From positions 900,754-964,753 of the forward strand of contig CAVOQQ010000001.1 of NCBI GenBank assembly GCA_963698395.1: 64,000 bases of DNA, in the 5' to 3' direction. The notes beneath the pieces were generated by a model. It had not been told where the DNA came from. It did no database searches and worked only from the letters and a program-made list of their open reading frames with translations. Shown here piece after piece: positions 28,098-37,996 of this stretch; positions within the stretch are counted from its first letter, which is position 1; each line of letters opens with the position of its first letter. Made by a program: the position numbers and the translations under genes. The stretch is from an uncultured Acidimicrobiales bacterium (GTDB lineage: Bacteria; Actinomycetota; Acidimicrobiia; Acidimicrobiales; SZUA-35).

Positions 28098-28826
28098 TCA
28101 GACGAACTCGGGCCGGCCGATGCGAATCGAGGTACCGGGGGTCCAGTGCACCAGGGCCTCGACCCCCGGTGCGGGCTCGAGGCCGGCGACGCGCATCAGC
28201 TCGTCGTCGAGCTCGAGGAGTTCGGCCCGATGGAGCGACCATCGGTCGTGCGCGATCGGGGCATAGACGACACGGTCTCGCCACGACGAGAACAAGCCCC
28301 ATCGGGCCGTGAGGAAGTGCTCGACGGCCGACACGTCGTTGGCGGGGATCGGTGGTCCCACTCGAACGACCGATCGGTGGTGGGCACCCTTCGGCCCCGG
28401 GCGTCGTCGATGCGACTCGTAGATGATGCGGGTGCCGCTGCGCTCGACCGACATGTCGGCCCAGAAGTAGGGAAGGCCGTAGGTCAGACGTGCCGTGGCC
28501 GTTGCCAGGGCGTTGCTGGCCTCCAGCGAGGCGAACCACACACCCGGTGTTCCGTCAGGGCCGGTGACGTAGACCCGGACGTTGGTCTCGAGGAAGTGGC
28601 CGACCGAAGGAAGCGGCCAACCACCGGGGAGGCCCACGCGCATGTCGAACGGCACCAGGGCGACCCAGGTGACCCCGTCGTGCGTGTCGACCGTCAGGCC
28701 ATCGGGCAGGATCGCCTGCACTCGCTCCGGGTCGATCTCGTAGTGGAGGAACGTGAGGTCCTCCCACCACATGTGCATGACCTCTCGCTTGATCTCGTGG
28801 GGACAGAATCCGCCATCGGGTGCCAT
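28098..28826 (-). CDS. DUF2071 domain protein
   Basis: WEDLTFLHYEI, NVRVYV and a size typical of DUF2071. Start is uncertain (28826 or 28865). Confidence 0.6.
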   Translation of the reverse strand: MAPDGGFCPHEIKREVMHMWWEDLTFLHYEIDPERVQAILPDGLTVDTHDGVTWVALVPFDMRVGLPGGWPLPSVGHFLETNVRVYVTGPDGTPGVWFASLEASNALATATARLTYGLPYFWADMSVERSGTRIIYESHRRRPGPKGAHHRSVVRVGPPIPANDVSAVEHFLTARWGLFSSWRDRVVYAPIAHDRWSLHRAELLELDDELMRVAGLEPAPGVEALVHWTPGTSIRIGRPEFV

Positions 28827-28945
28827 GGGGTCGAGCGTAGAGGGTCGTCGTCCGCTGCTCCCCACCGGCGTCTCGATGGGCCGGCGGTTTGCGCTCGGCG
28901 TCCGCCAGAACGATGCTGGGGCGACTCGCCGAAGGGGACGCCGAC

Positions 28946-29779
28946 ATGACCGCCATCAACACCATCGACACCGGGACCGACGATCTGCTTGCGCACGTGG
29001 ATGGGCACGTCGGCGTCATCATCTTCAATCGGCCCGATCGACGCAACGCACTGTCGAACGGGATCTACCAGGGCTTCGACGTCGCGCTCCCGCTGATGCG
29101 CGACGACCCGAACGTGCGCGTCGTGATGGTCACCGGCAACGGTGGTGCGTTCTGTGCCGGCGGCGACGTCAAGGGCATGCACGCGAACCACACCTCGGGA
29201 GGCGGCGCGGCGACGTCGATCGAGGACTCGGTTGCCAACCTTCGGATGCGCCAGCGCCAGGTGTCACTCGCCATCCACGAGTTCCCCAAGCCCGTCATCG
29301 CCGCGTTGCCCGGTGCAGCGGCCGGCGCCGGCCTGTCGATCGCCCTGTCGGCCGATCTGCGCATCGCGGCGGAACAGGCGGTGATCGTGACGGCCTTTGC
29401 CAACGTCGGTGCTTCTGGCGACTTCGGCGGCAGTTGGTTCCTCACCCAGCTGCTCGGTCCGGCCAAGGCCAAGGAGCTCTACTTCACCTCGCCCCGTCTC
29501 ACCGCCACCGAGGCGAAGAATCTCGGCATCGTCAACGTGGTCCTCCCCGACGACGACTTCGCGAGCGCCGCCCTCGACTACTGCCGCTCGATGGCAGAGC
29601 GGGCGCCGATCGCACAGCGCTACATGAAGGAGAACATCAATCGGGCGCTTCATGTCGGTCTGGCCGAGGCCCTCGACGCCGAGGCCGCGGCTATGGTTCG
29701 CACGATGAGCACGGCCGATCACCGAGAAGCGGCAGCTGCCTTCGTCGAGAAGCGCAGTCCGCAGTTCAAGGGCAGCTGA
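28946..29779 (+). CDS. Enoyl-CoA hydratase/isomerase family protein
   Basis: IIFNRPDRRNAL, GAFCAGGDV and LPGAAAGAGLS. ATG 28946 follows GAAGGGGA. Confidence 0.85.
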   Translation: MTAINTIDTGTDDLLAHVDGHVGVIIFNRPDRRNALSNGIYQGFDVALPLMRDDPNVRVVMVTGNGGAFCAGGDVKGMHANHTSGGGAATSIEDSVANLRMRQRQVSLAIHEFPKPVIAALPGAAAGAGLSIALSADLRIAAEQAVIVTAFANVGASGDFGGSWFLTQLLGPAKAKELYFTSPRLTATEAKNLGIVNVVLPDDDFASAALDYCRSMAERAPIAQRYMKENINRALHVGLAEALDAEAAAMVRTMSTADHREAAAAFVEKRSPQFKGS

Positions 29780-29781
29780 AC

Positions 29782-30030
29782 GTGGCGGCCACCTGGTCGG
29801 CCGATGGTGAGGACACCCCGTCATCCGACGAGTCCGGCGAGCGGTGGGTGCCCATTCCCCTCCCGCCTCGGCCCGGCGGTCGAGCCAACGGCTCGATCGT
29901 GATGGCGGCCATGGTCGGGATCTCCGAGGCGCTCGGTTTGGACAAGCAACAGGAGCAGGTCGCCGAGGCGTCGGCCTCGTCCGGCCAGCCCCTGGAACTC
30001 GACTTCGGCGACCTTCCGCCGCTCGACTGA
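29782..30030 (+). CDS. Hypothetical small protein (82 aa)
   Basis: High GC3 in this frame only. Fills the gap between neighbouring genes. GTG 29782 lies 3 nt after the upstream stop. No family recognised. Confidence 0.35.
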   Translation: MAATWSADGEDTPSSDESGERWVPIPLPPRPGGRANGSIVMAAMVGISEALGLDKQQEQVAEASASSGQPLELDFGDLPPLD

Positions 30031-30035
30031 CGCCG

Positions 30036-31406
30036 GTGGCCGATCACCGACGAGCGCTGCTCGCTGACGCGGCATCGCTCGCTGCCGACTACCTCGAACA
30101 GCGCGTCGATCGATCGGTGACCCCCGATGCGGAAGCCATCGCCGGACTTCGTGGGTTCGACACCCCCATGCCCGAGGCGTCGTCGTCGGCGGCCGACACC
30201 CTCGCCTTGCTCGATCGCCTCGGTTCGCCGGCCACGATGGTCACCAACGGCGGCCGGTACTTCGGGTTCGTCACCGGCGGATCACTCCCGGCAACCACTG
30301 CGGCCGGTGTGCTCGCCGCGGCGTGGGACCAGAACGGTGCGCTGCCGGTCATGTCGCCGATTGCCGCGCAGCTCGACGAGGTGGCGGCTCGCTGGATCGT
30401 CGACGTGCTGGGTCTCCCACCGACCTCGGTTGCCGGCTTCTGCGGTGGTGCCTCGGTCGCCAATCTCACCTGCCTGGTCGCCGCCCGCGACGCCGTGCTC
30501 GCCGCGGTCGGCTGGCATGTGCCGGCCGACGGCCTGATCGGCGCTCCCGACGTCACGGTGATCGCCGGCGCCGAGCTCCATGCGTCGATGTCCAAAGCCA
30601 TCGCCATCGCCGGCCTCGGTCGAGATCGCACGGTGCTGGTACCCACCGACGACCAGGGTCGCCTGCGTATCGACCAGGTTCCGGCCATCGATGGGCCGAC
30701 CATCGTCGTGATGCAGGCCGGCAACGTCAACACCGGAGCATCAGACCGCTTCGATCGTGTCGAGGAGTGGCGGAACGCCGGCGCCTGGGTGCACGTCGAC
30801 GGAGCCTTCGGCCTGTGGGCCCGAGCAACGCCCACCCGGGCCGATCAGGTCATGGGGATCGAGCACGCCAGTTCGTGGGCGACCGATGCCCACAAGTGGC
30901 TCAACGTGCCCTACGACGCCGGTGTCACCATCGTGGCCGACGGAAACGACCTGGCCCGGTCGATGCGCACCGATGCGGCCTACCTGGTGGTCGATCCGCT
31001 CGGCGGTCCCGGTCGACGACTGCCGATGCAGCTCGGCATCCAGATGTCTCAGCAGGCCCGAGGCATCCTCGTCTGGGCTGCGCTGCACTCACTCGGCCGC
31101 TCCGGCGTGGCCGCCCTGGTCGAGCGAAGCTGCGGGTTGGCCGATCGGTTCGCGAGCAAGCTCGTTGCGGCCGGGGCCACGGTGCCGCACGAGGTCGTCC
31201 TCAACCAGGTGCTGGTGTCCTTCGGCGACGACGAAACCACCGACGCGCTGATCGGTGCGCTCGCTGCCGAGGGCACGATCTGGGCCGGGGGAACGACCTG
31301 GCACGATCGGCGCCATCTCCGCCTCAGCGTGTCGGGTCACGACACCACCGAAGCCGACGTCGATGCCGGCGTCGACGCCATCCTCCGCTGTTGGGACCGC
31401 CTCTGA
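30036..31406 (+). CDS. Pyridoxal-dependent (group II) decarboxylase family protein
   Basis: PLP-lysine region SSWATDAHKWLNVPYDAG and VHVDGAFG. GTG 30036 is chosen as the first start after the upstream stop. Start is uncertain. Confidence 0.75.
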   Translation: MADHRRALLADAASLAADYLEQRVDRSVTPDAEAIAGLRGFDTPMPEASSSAADTLALLDRLGSPATMVTNGGRYFGFVTGGSLPATTAAGVLAAAWDQNGALPVMSPIAAQLDEVAARWIVDVLGLPPTSVAGFCGGASVANLTCLVAARDAVLAAVGWHVPADGLIGAPDVTVIAGAELHASMSKAIAIAGLGRDRTVLVPTDDQGRLRIDQVPAIDGPTIVVMQAGNVNTGASDRFDRVEEWRNAGAWVHVDGAFGLWARATPTRADQVMGIEHASSWATDAHKWLNVPYDAGVTIVADGNDLARSMRTDAAYLVVDPLGGPGRRLPMQLGIQMSQQARGILVWAALHSLGRSGVAALVERSCGLADRFASKLVAAGATVPHEVVLNQVLVSFGDDETTDALIGALAAEGTIWAGGTTWHDRRHLRLSVSGHDTTEADVDAGVDAILRCWDRL

Positions 31407-31450
31407 CCCGGATCCCCCTCGGTGTCACACCTCCTCGTCATGATGGTCAG

Positions 31451-32737
31451 ATGCTTCTCTTCGTGAGTGCCGTGATCGCTGCGGCGTGTGCCGGTCTGGC
31501 GGTCGGTGTGCTGGTCGACCTCGGTCGTCGGCGATCCGCCGACGCCGGTCTGCGAGCCGAGCTCGATGCCGAGCGGCGCCAGATCATGTCGGCTGCGGTG
31601 GCGGCCATGCGTCAGGAACGAGCAGAGTCGTCGCAGGCCGCACTCGACACCGCCATCTCGGTCGCTTCGTCGAAACTCGGCGATCAGCTGAGTGTCGGCA
31701 AGCACGTGATCGATCGCGAACGCAGCGCAGTCGGTGATCAGGTGGTCGTCCTCACCGACGAGCTTCGCCGAGTGGGCGATCTCGTCGCTTCGCTCCAACT
31801 CGAGCGGGCCGAACAGCAGGGCTCCATCACCGCCGGGATCGAGTCGGCCATGGCGGTCACTCGAGCACTGGCCGACACCACCGAATCGCTCCGCCAGGCA
31901 CTGGCATCGCCCAAGACCCGTGGCCAGTGGGGCGAGCGGATGGCGGCCGACGTGCTCGGCGCGGCCGGCTTCGTCGAGGGCATCAACTACGCACGCGAGC
32001 GCCGGCTCGATGGTGGCACCGTGCCCGACTACACGTTCTTCCTGCCCAAGGGTCATCTGGTGCACATGGACGTCAAGTTCCCCATCGACAACTACCTGCG
32101 GGCGATCGAGGCCGACGACGCGGGGGAGCGGGTCCGCTGCACCCGTGCGTTCGCCAACGACGTCCGTCAGCGGGTGAAGGAACTGGCCGACCGCTCCTAC
32201 ATCGATCCATCCACCACCGTCGACTATCTGCTGCTGTTCGTGCCGAACGAGAGCGTGTACGGCTTCATCCACGACAACGATCCCGGCCTGATCGACCTCG
32301 CGTTGGCGCAGAAGGTGGTTCCCTGTAGCCCCACCACGCTCTTTGCCGTGCTGGCGGTGATCCGCCAGTCGGTCGACGCTTTCCTGGTCGAACGGCGAAG
32401 CGACGAGATCCTCGCGGCGGTCGCCGGCGTGCGAGATCAGTGGCAGAGGTTCGGCGATGCGGTCGACAAGGCGCACCGGGGCATGGTGTCGGCCCAGTCG
32501 GCGCTCGACGAGCTACGAGGGCCACGATCGCGGCAATTCGAGCGTCAGCTCGATCAGCTCGAGGCGGTGCGCGATCGCCGCCTGCTCCATCGAGACGAGG
32601 CTCTCGCCGACCCACTGCCGTTCGATTTCGTCGAACCCGACGATCGCACCCGGCGGGCGACCGACCACCCGCCGGGCCAGGTCACACCAAGCCAAGCGGC
32701 GCAGAATTCCGCTAGGGAGCCAAACGATCGACGCTAG
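31451..32737 (+). CDS. rmuC: DNA recombination protein RmuC
   Basis: N-terminal TM helix, coiled coil, then RGQWGERMAADVL...PDYTFFLP...VHMDVKFP...LLFVPNES. Confidence 0.85.
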   Translation: MLLFVSAVIAAACAGLAVGVLVDLGRRRSADAGLRAELDAERRQIMSAAVAAMRQERAESSQAALDTAISVASSKLGDQLSVGKHVIDRERSAVGDQVVVLTDELRRVGDLVASLQLERAEQQGSITAGIESAMAVTRALADTTESLRQALASPKTRGQWGERMAADVLGAAGFVEGINYARERRLDGGTVPDYTFFLPKGHLVHMDVKFPIDNYLRAIEADDAGERVRCTRAFANDVRQRVKELADRSYIDPSTTVDYLLLFVPNESVYGFIHDNDPGLIDLALAQKVVPCSPTTLFAVLAVIRQSVDAFLVERRSDEILAAVAGVRDQWQRFGDAVDKAHRGMVSAQSALDELRGPRSRQFERQLDQLEAVRDRRLLHRDEALADPLPFDFVEPDDRTRRATDHPPGQVTPSQAAQNSAREPNDRR

Positions 32738-32748
32738 CCTCGGGTCTC

Positions 32749-34383
32749 ATGAGTACCCCTGTTCTCGTCGCTGTCGCCTGGCCCTACGCATCGGGGTCGC
32801 GCCATCTCGGTCACGTGGCCGGCGCCTATCTGCCTGCCGACATCTATGCCCGGCACCAGCGGATGCGAGGCGAAGAGGTCCTCATGGTCTCGGGTTCCGA
32901 CGTGCACGGCACACCCATCACGGTGCGAGCCGACGCCGAGGGCGTGACGCCGCTCGACATCGTCGAGCGCTATCACAACGAGTTCCTCCAACAGTGGGAA
33001 GCGCTCGGGATCTCGTGGGATCTCTACACCACCACCGGGACCGAAAACCACGCCCAGGTCACCCAGGAGATGTTTCTCGCCCAGCTCGAGAACGGGCACA
33101 TCGACAAGCGGGTGTCCGAACAGTTCTTCGATGCCACGGCGCAACGGTTCCTGCCCGACCGCTACATCGAAGGCACGTGCCCGCATTGCGGCTACGCCGA
33201 TGCTCGTGGTGATCAGTGCGACAACTGCGGCAAGACCTACGACGCCACCGAGCTGATCGACCCGCGATCGAAGATCTCCGGTGCTGCGCCCGAACTGCGA
33301 GAAACCGAACACTTCTACTTCCGGTTCTCCGACTTCAACGAGGCGATCCGCGACTGGCTGAAGACCCGCAAGGGCTGGCGTCCGCACGTGCTCAACTTCG
33401 CGCTGGGCTGGACCGAAGAGGGTCTGCAGGACCGCGCCATCACCCGCGATCTCGACTGGGGCATCGAGCTCCCGGTCGACGACCTGGGGCCGGGCAAGCG
33501 GATCTACGTCTGGTACGACGCCGTCATCGGCTATCTGTCGGCATCCAAGGAATGGGCCACCCAGCAGGGCGACCCGGAGCGCTGGCGGCACTGGTGGGAG
33601 AACGACGACGCCCGCCACGTCTACTTCATCGGCAAGGACAACATCCCGTTCCACTGCCTGTTCTGGCCGGCCCAGCTGATGGGTGCCGGGAACCTGCACC
33701 TCCCGGACAACGTGCCGGCGAACCAGTACGTCACGTTCAAGGGCGGCAAGGCCTCGGCCAGCCGCGGGATCGGTCTCACCATCGAACAGGGTCTCGAGCT
33801 GTTCGAGCCCGACGCCCTGCGGTTCGCGCTCGCCGCTGCCCTGCCCGAACAGTCCGACACCGAGATCTCGGTCGAAGAGATCGCCCGCCGCATCAACGAA
33901 GAGCTGGTCGCCACCTACGGCAACCTGGTCAATCGGGTGCTGTCGATGGTCCACAAGAACGGCGACGGAGCCGTCCCGACCCCCGGTGTGTTCACCGACG
34001 ACGACCACGCGCTCCTGGCCTCGGTCGATGACGCCTTGGTCAATGCTGCGGCCCATTTCGATGCGGTCGAGCTGCGGGCGGCGTTGCGCGACGGCATGGC
34101 TGCGGCCCAGGCGGTCAACGCCTATCTCAACGCCAGGGAACCGTGGAAGACCGTCAAGGTCGATCGCGAGCGGGGGCTCACCGAGCTGTTCGTCGCCCTG
34201 GCAGCCATCAACGGCGTGCGCGTCGCGCTCAGCCCGTTCCTGCCGTTCACGTCGTCGAAGCTCGATGCCTTGCTCGGCGCTCCCGATGGCTGGCAACGGG
34301 TCGAGCTGAAGCCCGGCACATCCATTCCCAAGCCCGAACCGCTGTTCCTCAAGATCGATCTCGACGCCCTGGAGGCGTCATGA
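32749..34383 (+). CDS. metG: Methionine--tRNA ligase
   Basis: HIGH-type SRHLGHVAG, zinc knuckle CPHCGYADARGDQCDNCG, KMSKS-type GGKASASRG. Confidence 0.92.
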   Translation: MSTPVLVAVAWPYASGSRHLGHVAGAYLPADIYARHQRMRGEEVLMVSGSDVHGTPITVRADAEGVTPLDIVERYHNEFLQQWEALGISWDLYTTTGTENHAQVTQEMFLAQLENGHIDKRVSEQFFDATAQRFLPDRYIEGTCPHCGYADARGDQCDNCGKTYDATELIDPRSKISGAAPELRETEHFYFRFSDFNEAIRDWLKTRKGWRPHVLNFALGWTEEGLQDRAITRDLDWGIELPVDDLGPGKRIYVWYDAVIGYLSASKEWATQQGDPERWRHWWENDDARHVYFIGKDNIPFHCLFWPAQLMGAGNLHLPDNVPANQYVTFKGGKASASRGIGLTIEQGLELFEPDALRFALAAALPEQSDTEISVEEIARRINEELVATYGNLVNRVLSMVHKNGDGAVPTPGVFTDDDHALLASVDDALVNAAAHFDAVELRAALRDGMAAAQAVNAYLNAREPWKTVKVDRERGLTELFVALAAINGVRVALSPFLPFTSSKLDALLGAPDGWQRVELKPGTSIPKPEPLFLKIDLDALEAS

Positions 34384-35146
34384 GCGGACTCGAGTGGTTC
34401 GACAACCACTGCCACCTCACCACCAACAAGCGCCCCGCAGCCGAGGTGGTTGCCGAGGCCAGGGCCGACGGCGTCACCCGTCTCCTCACCGTGGGATGTA
34501 CGGTCGAGGACTCGCGTGAGGCGATCGACATCGCCATGGGCTTCGACGGGGTCTATGCAACCGCCGGTGTCCACCCCCACGACGCCAAGGACGGCACGGC
34601 AGGCCTCGAGGCACTGTTCGGCGACCCCGAGACCAAGCACAAGGTGCTGGCCGTCGGGGAGTGCGGCCTCGACTATCACTACGACCACTCGCCCCGAGCC
34701 GTGCAGCGGTCGGTCTTCGTCGAGCAGATCGACCTGGCGAAGCGACTCGATCTCGCCCTGGTGATCCATACCCGTGAGGCCTGGGACGACACGTTCGAGA
34801 TCCTCGACGACGTCGGCATTCCCGAACGAACGGTCTTCCACTGCTTCACCGGAGGACCGGCCGAGGCCGAACGATGCCTGGCTCGGGGTGCCTACCTGTC
34901 CTTCAGCGGCATCGTCACCTTTCCGAGCGCCACCGACCTCCAGGAAGCGGCGAGGATCACGCCCCTCGATCGGTTGCTGGTCGAAACCGACTCGCCGTTT
35001 CTCACTCCGGTGCCCCATCGTGGCCAACCGAACCGACCGGCCCTCGTGCCGTTGATCGGGGAAAAGCTCTCCTTTTGAAGGATTCTTCCCCTTTCGATAT
35101 TGCTCGTTTGACCTGGGAGAACGGCGAATCGCTGTACGGAATGTGA
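34380..35146 (+). pseudogene. tatD: TatD-family metal-dependent hydrolase, apparent frameshift in GGGGAAAAG (35058-35066)
   Basis: FDNHCHL, ECGLDYHY, VIHTREA, HCFTG and ETDSPFL lie in the frame ending 35078. The expected C-terminus ALLLKDSSPFDIARLTWENGESLYGM continues in the -1 frame to 35146. Confidence 0.8.
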
Positions 35147-35203
35147 ACAGTGTGACACCGTAGGGTGTTGCGGTTCGATGACGCCTGACTTAGGTTCAAC
35201 CAC

Positions 35204-36208
35204 GTGCGTAGCAGCCCTCTTGCTTCCGCGTCGCAATCCGGTCACGGGCGAGATCCCTCCGCAAAGGTCAATCCTTTGGGGCTTGCACTGTGTGGGTTGG
35301 CAACGCTCGTAGCGCTCCCCGTTCTCTTCCTTGGACGCGGGTCGGTCGGCGTCGACGCTTCGAACGGCGTGTCCGCTGTCGGGTTGGTCGCAACGGCCGA
35401 GGACGGTGCCGCCCCCACCACGGCCGCATCCGACGCCACGGCTGACTCGCTGCTCGAAACCGTCGACCGCAACACACTGCTCGACGGCGGCGCCGACCCG
35501 ACCGCGGCGCTGCAGTTGCAGCGCGAGCACGACGCCGAATCATCGACGACCATCGTGATCTCGCCGCAGGCGTCCTCGACCGGTTCGTCATCGGCCGTGA
35601 TCTCCCGATTCCCGGCCTACGGTGCCGAACAGGCCGCCGAGCTCACCGCCCCCACGTCGTCAGAGCCGACGATGGCGGCTTCCGCCACCGCCGCGCCGAC
35701 CACCGCTGCTGCTCCCACCACCGCGGCACCCACCACCGCGGCACCCACCACCGCGGCACCCACCACCGCGGCACCCACCACCGCAGCTCCCACCACCGCA
35801 GCACCCACCACCGCAGCACCCACCACGTCGCCACCCGCCACCGCGGCGCCTGAGGCCGAGGCACCGGCGGAAACGGGCGATTCGGCGAGCGCCCCCATCG
35901 ACGAATCGGCGGCCCCCGAACCTGCCGACTCGCCATCGGGCGTGCCGAGCGCAGAAGTCTGGGCAGCACTGCGGGCGTGTGAGTCCTTCGGGAGCTACAC
36001 CATCGTCAGCAGCAACGGCCTCTACCACGGCGCCTACCAGTTCGGTGTGGCCACATGGAATGCCACGGCGGCCGCTGCTGGTCGCGACGACCTCATCGGC
36101 GTGCTGCCCAGCGAGGCGTCCCCGGCCGACCAGGATGCGCTGGCACTGAACCTGTGGTCACGCCGTGGCTTCGCTCCCTGGCCCCACTGCGGCCGTGGAC
36201 TCGGTTGA
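35204..36208 (+). CDS. Rpf-like (resuscitation-promoting factor / transglycosylase-like domain) secreted protein
   Basis: N-terminal TM/signal segment, Ala-Pro-Thr linker, C-terminal ALRACES...GLYHGAYQFGVATW...APWPHCG. Position between tatD and ksgA matches M. tuberculosis rpfB. Confidence 0.8.
   Translation: MRSSPLASASQSGHGRDPSAKVNPLGLALCGLATLVALPVLFLGRGSVGVDASNGVSAVGLVATAEDGAAPTTAASDATADSLLETVDRNTLLDGGADPTAALQLQREHDAESSTTIVISPQASSTGSSSAVISRFPAYGAEQAAELTAPTSSEPTMAASATAAPTTAAAPTTAAPTTAAPTTAAPTTAAPTTAAPTTAAPTTAAPTTSPPATAAPEAEAPAETGDSASAPIDESAAPEPADSPSGVPSAEVWAALRACESFGSYTIVSSNGLYHGAYQFGVATWNATAAAAGRDDLIGVLPSEASPADQDALALNLWSRRGFAPWPHCGRGLG
35693..35830 (+). repeat. In-frame 15-bp tandem repeat x8-9 (gcacccaccaccgcg) encoding the (APTTA)n linker of the Rpf-like protein
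   Basis: Direct reading; peptide is AAPTTAAPTTAAPTTAAPTT... Confidence 0.9.
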
Positions 36209-36216
36209 CCTGATCG

Positions 36217-37026
36217 GTGGCTCATCTCACCCGGACCCAGATCCGGGAGCTACTCGATCGACATGACCTCGCCCCGAGTCGTGCTCTGGGACAGAACTTC
36301 CTGTGTGACCCGGCGATGGTCGACAAGATCGTGCGTCTCGCCGGTGTCGAAGCCGGTGATCGGGTGGTGGAGATCGGCCCTGGACTCGGTTCGCTGACGC
36401 TCGGATTGGCTTCGGCCGGTGCCCGCGTCCTCGCCGTCGAGATCGATCGGTACTTGGTGCCGATACTGAACGAGGTGGTCGCCGGACTCGACGTCGACGT
36501 CCGCAACGCCGATGCGATGACCCTCGACTGGGACACCGAACTCGGCGATGAATCCTGGGCCGTGGTCGCCAATCTCCCCTACAACGTGGCGACCCCGCTG
36601 ATCCTCGACCTGCTCGCCGGCCAACCCCAGCTCGAGCGGTGGGTGGTCATGGTGCAGCGTGAGGTCGGCGAACGCCTTGCCGCGTCGCCCGGTGACAAGG
36701 CCTGCGGGATTCCCTCGGCCATGGTCGCGTACTTCGCCACGGCGTCGATCGTCGGCAGCGTGCCACCACAGCTGTTCCTGCCCCAACCGAAGGTCGAATC
36801 GGTGCTGGTGCGCATCGATCGCTCGCCGACCCCACGCGTGGACGCCCCCTTCGATCGATTCAGCCAACTGGTTCGCACCGGCTTCGGCCAGCGCCGCAAG
36901 ATGCTGCGGCGGAGCATCGCCGGTTTGCTCGATGTGGACAGCATCAGCGCCGCCGGCGTCGAGCCGACGGCTCGTCCGGAGGAACTCACCTTGCAGCAAT
37001 GGGGGTCGCTCGCCCGTCTAGGGTGA
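36217..37026 (+). CDS. rsmA: 16S rRNA (adenine1518/1519-N6)-dimethyltransferase RsmA/KsgA
   Basis: LGQNFL, VVEIGPGLGSLT and NLPYNVATP. Confidence 0.92.
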   Translation: MAHLTRTQIRELLDRHDLAPSRALGQNFLCDPAMVDKIVRLAGVEAGDRVVEIGPGLGSLTLGLASAGARVLAVEIDRYLVPILNEVVAGLDVDVRNADAMTLDWDTELGDESWAVVANLPYNVATPLILDLLAGQPQLERWVVMVQREVGERLAASPGDKACGIPSAMVAYFATASIVGSVPPQLFLPQPKVESVLVRIDRSPTPRVDAPFDRFSQLVRTGFGQRRKMLRRSIAGLLDVDSISAAGVEPTARPEELTLQQWGSLARLG

Positions 37027-37030
37027 CTCG

Positions 37031-37789
37031 GTGTCCTCACCCTCCTCCACCGCCGGCCGGCCGGCATCGGAACCCGTCGTCGTCGTTGCGCCCGCCAAGC
37101 TGACCCTCTCGCTTCGGGTCACCGGCGTCCGCCCCGACGGGCTCCATCTCATCGACGCCGAGATGGTCACGCTCGACTTCGCCGACCGCCTCACGATCAC
37201 CGAAGGCCTCGAGGGGCTGTCGATGGTCGGCGCCGGCGACGACGTGCCCCTGGGTTCGGACAACCTGGTTGCTCGGGCCCTCGACCTTGCCGGGCGGCGA
37301 GCTCGCGTGGCGGTCGAGAAGTTCATTCCCTCGCAGGCCGGGTTGGGGGGAGGGTCCGCCGATGCTGCCGCCGTGCTTCGTTGGGCCGGTTTCGACGACG
37401 TGGCAGCGGCGGCAGGAATCGGCGCCGACGTGGCGTTCTGTCTCGTGGGTGGCCGGGCCCGGGTGAGCGGTATCGGCGAAGTCGTCGAGCCGCTGCCGTT
37501 CGTCGAGCAGACCCTCACCGTGATCACGCCACCGGTGGCGTGCTCGACGCCGGCGGTCTATCGGGCATGGGACGAGCTCGGGGGTCCGACCTCGACCGAC
37601 ACGCCGAACGACCTCGAGGCGGCCGCCTTGGCGGTGGCGCCAGAACTCGCCCGTTGGCGCGACGAATTCGGCGAAGCAACCGGCCAACGGCCCACCCTTG
37701 CCGGCAGCGGCTCGAGCTGGTTCGTCGCCGGAGCGTTCCCTGGTCCTGGTCGGAGAATCGTCAAGACCACCCCATCGGGGTGGTCTTGA
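37031..37789 (+). CDS. ispE: 4-diphosphocytidyl-2-C-methyl-D-erythritol kinase
   Basis: APAKLTLSLRVTG and PSQAGLGGGSADAAAVL (GHMP kinase motif). Confidence 0.88.
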   Translation: MSSPSSTAGRPASEPVVVVAPAKLTLSLRVTGVRPDGLHLIDAEMVTLDFADRLTITEGLEGLSMVGAGDDVPLGSDNLVARALDLAGRRARVAVEKFIPSQAGLGGGSADAAAVLRWAGFDDVAAAAGIGADVAFCLVGGRARVSGIGEVVEPLPFVEQTLTVITPPVACSTPAVYRAWDELGGPTSTDTPNDLEAAALAVAPELARWRDEFGEATGQRPTLAGSGSSWFVAGAFPGPGRRIVKTTPSGWS

Positions 37790-37897
37790 CGATGATTGCT
37801 ACCGCTCCCGGCGGGGCAACCGACCTCGATCGATGATGCCGAGCATCACGAATCGAAGCCGACCGACGAGCTCGGGCGGCGTTGCGATATGGAGTTG

Positions 37898-37996
37898 TTA
37901 CTTCTTGTTACGACGCTGAACGCGAGTGCGCTTGAGGAGCTTGCGGTGCTTCTTCTTACGCATGCGCTTGCGGCGCTTTTTGATGAGCGATCCCAT
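37898..37996 (-). CDS. 30S ribosomal protein bS22 (actinobacterial small basic protein)
   Basis: The 32-aa ORF MGSLIKKRRKRMRKKKHRKLLKRTRVQRRNKK matches the bS22 pattern (MGSVIKKRRKRM.KKKHRKLL.RTR.QRR). Confidence 0.8.
   Translation of the reverse strand: MGSLIKKRRKRMRKKKHRKLLKRTRVQRRNKK

Noticed and set aside
21490-35070. Programmed ribosomal frameshifting as the explanation for the three frame breaks
   Set aside because: None of the genes belongs to a known recoding family. Two sites lack any slippery motif. All sit in short homopolymer runs, so indel error or recent mutation is more parsimonious. The tatD A-AAG site cannot be fully excluded.
35079-35203. ydaO-type c-di-AMP riboswitch upstream of the rpf-like gene
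   Set aside because: I could not find the conserved ACGGGG/GGUGAAUC/CCGACAGCUAACC-type blocks by eye. Half of the region turned out to be the frameshifted tatD C-terminus. It is kept only as a low-priority check.
35617-36028. Minus-strand ORFs with repetitive VVGAA / GGGC peptides
   Set aside because: These are the antisense reading of the Rpf linker minisatellite, not independent genes.
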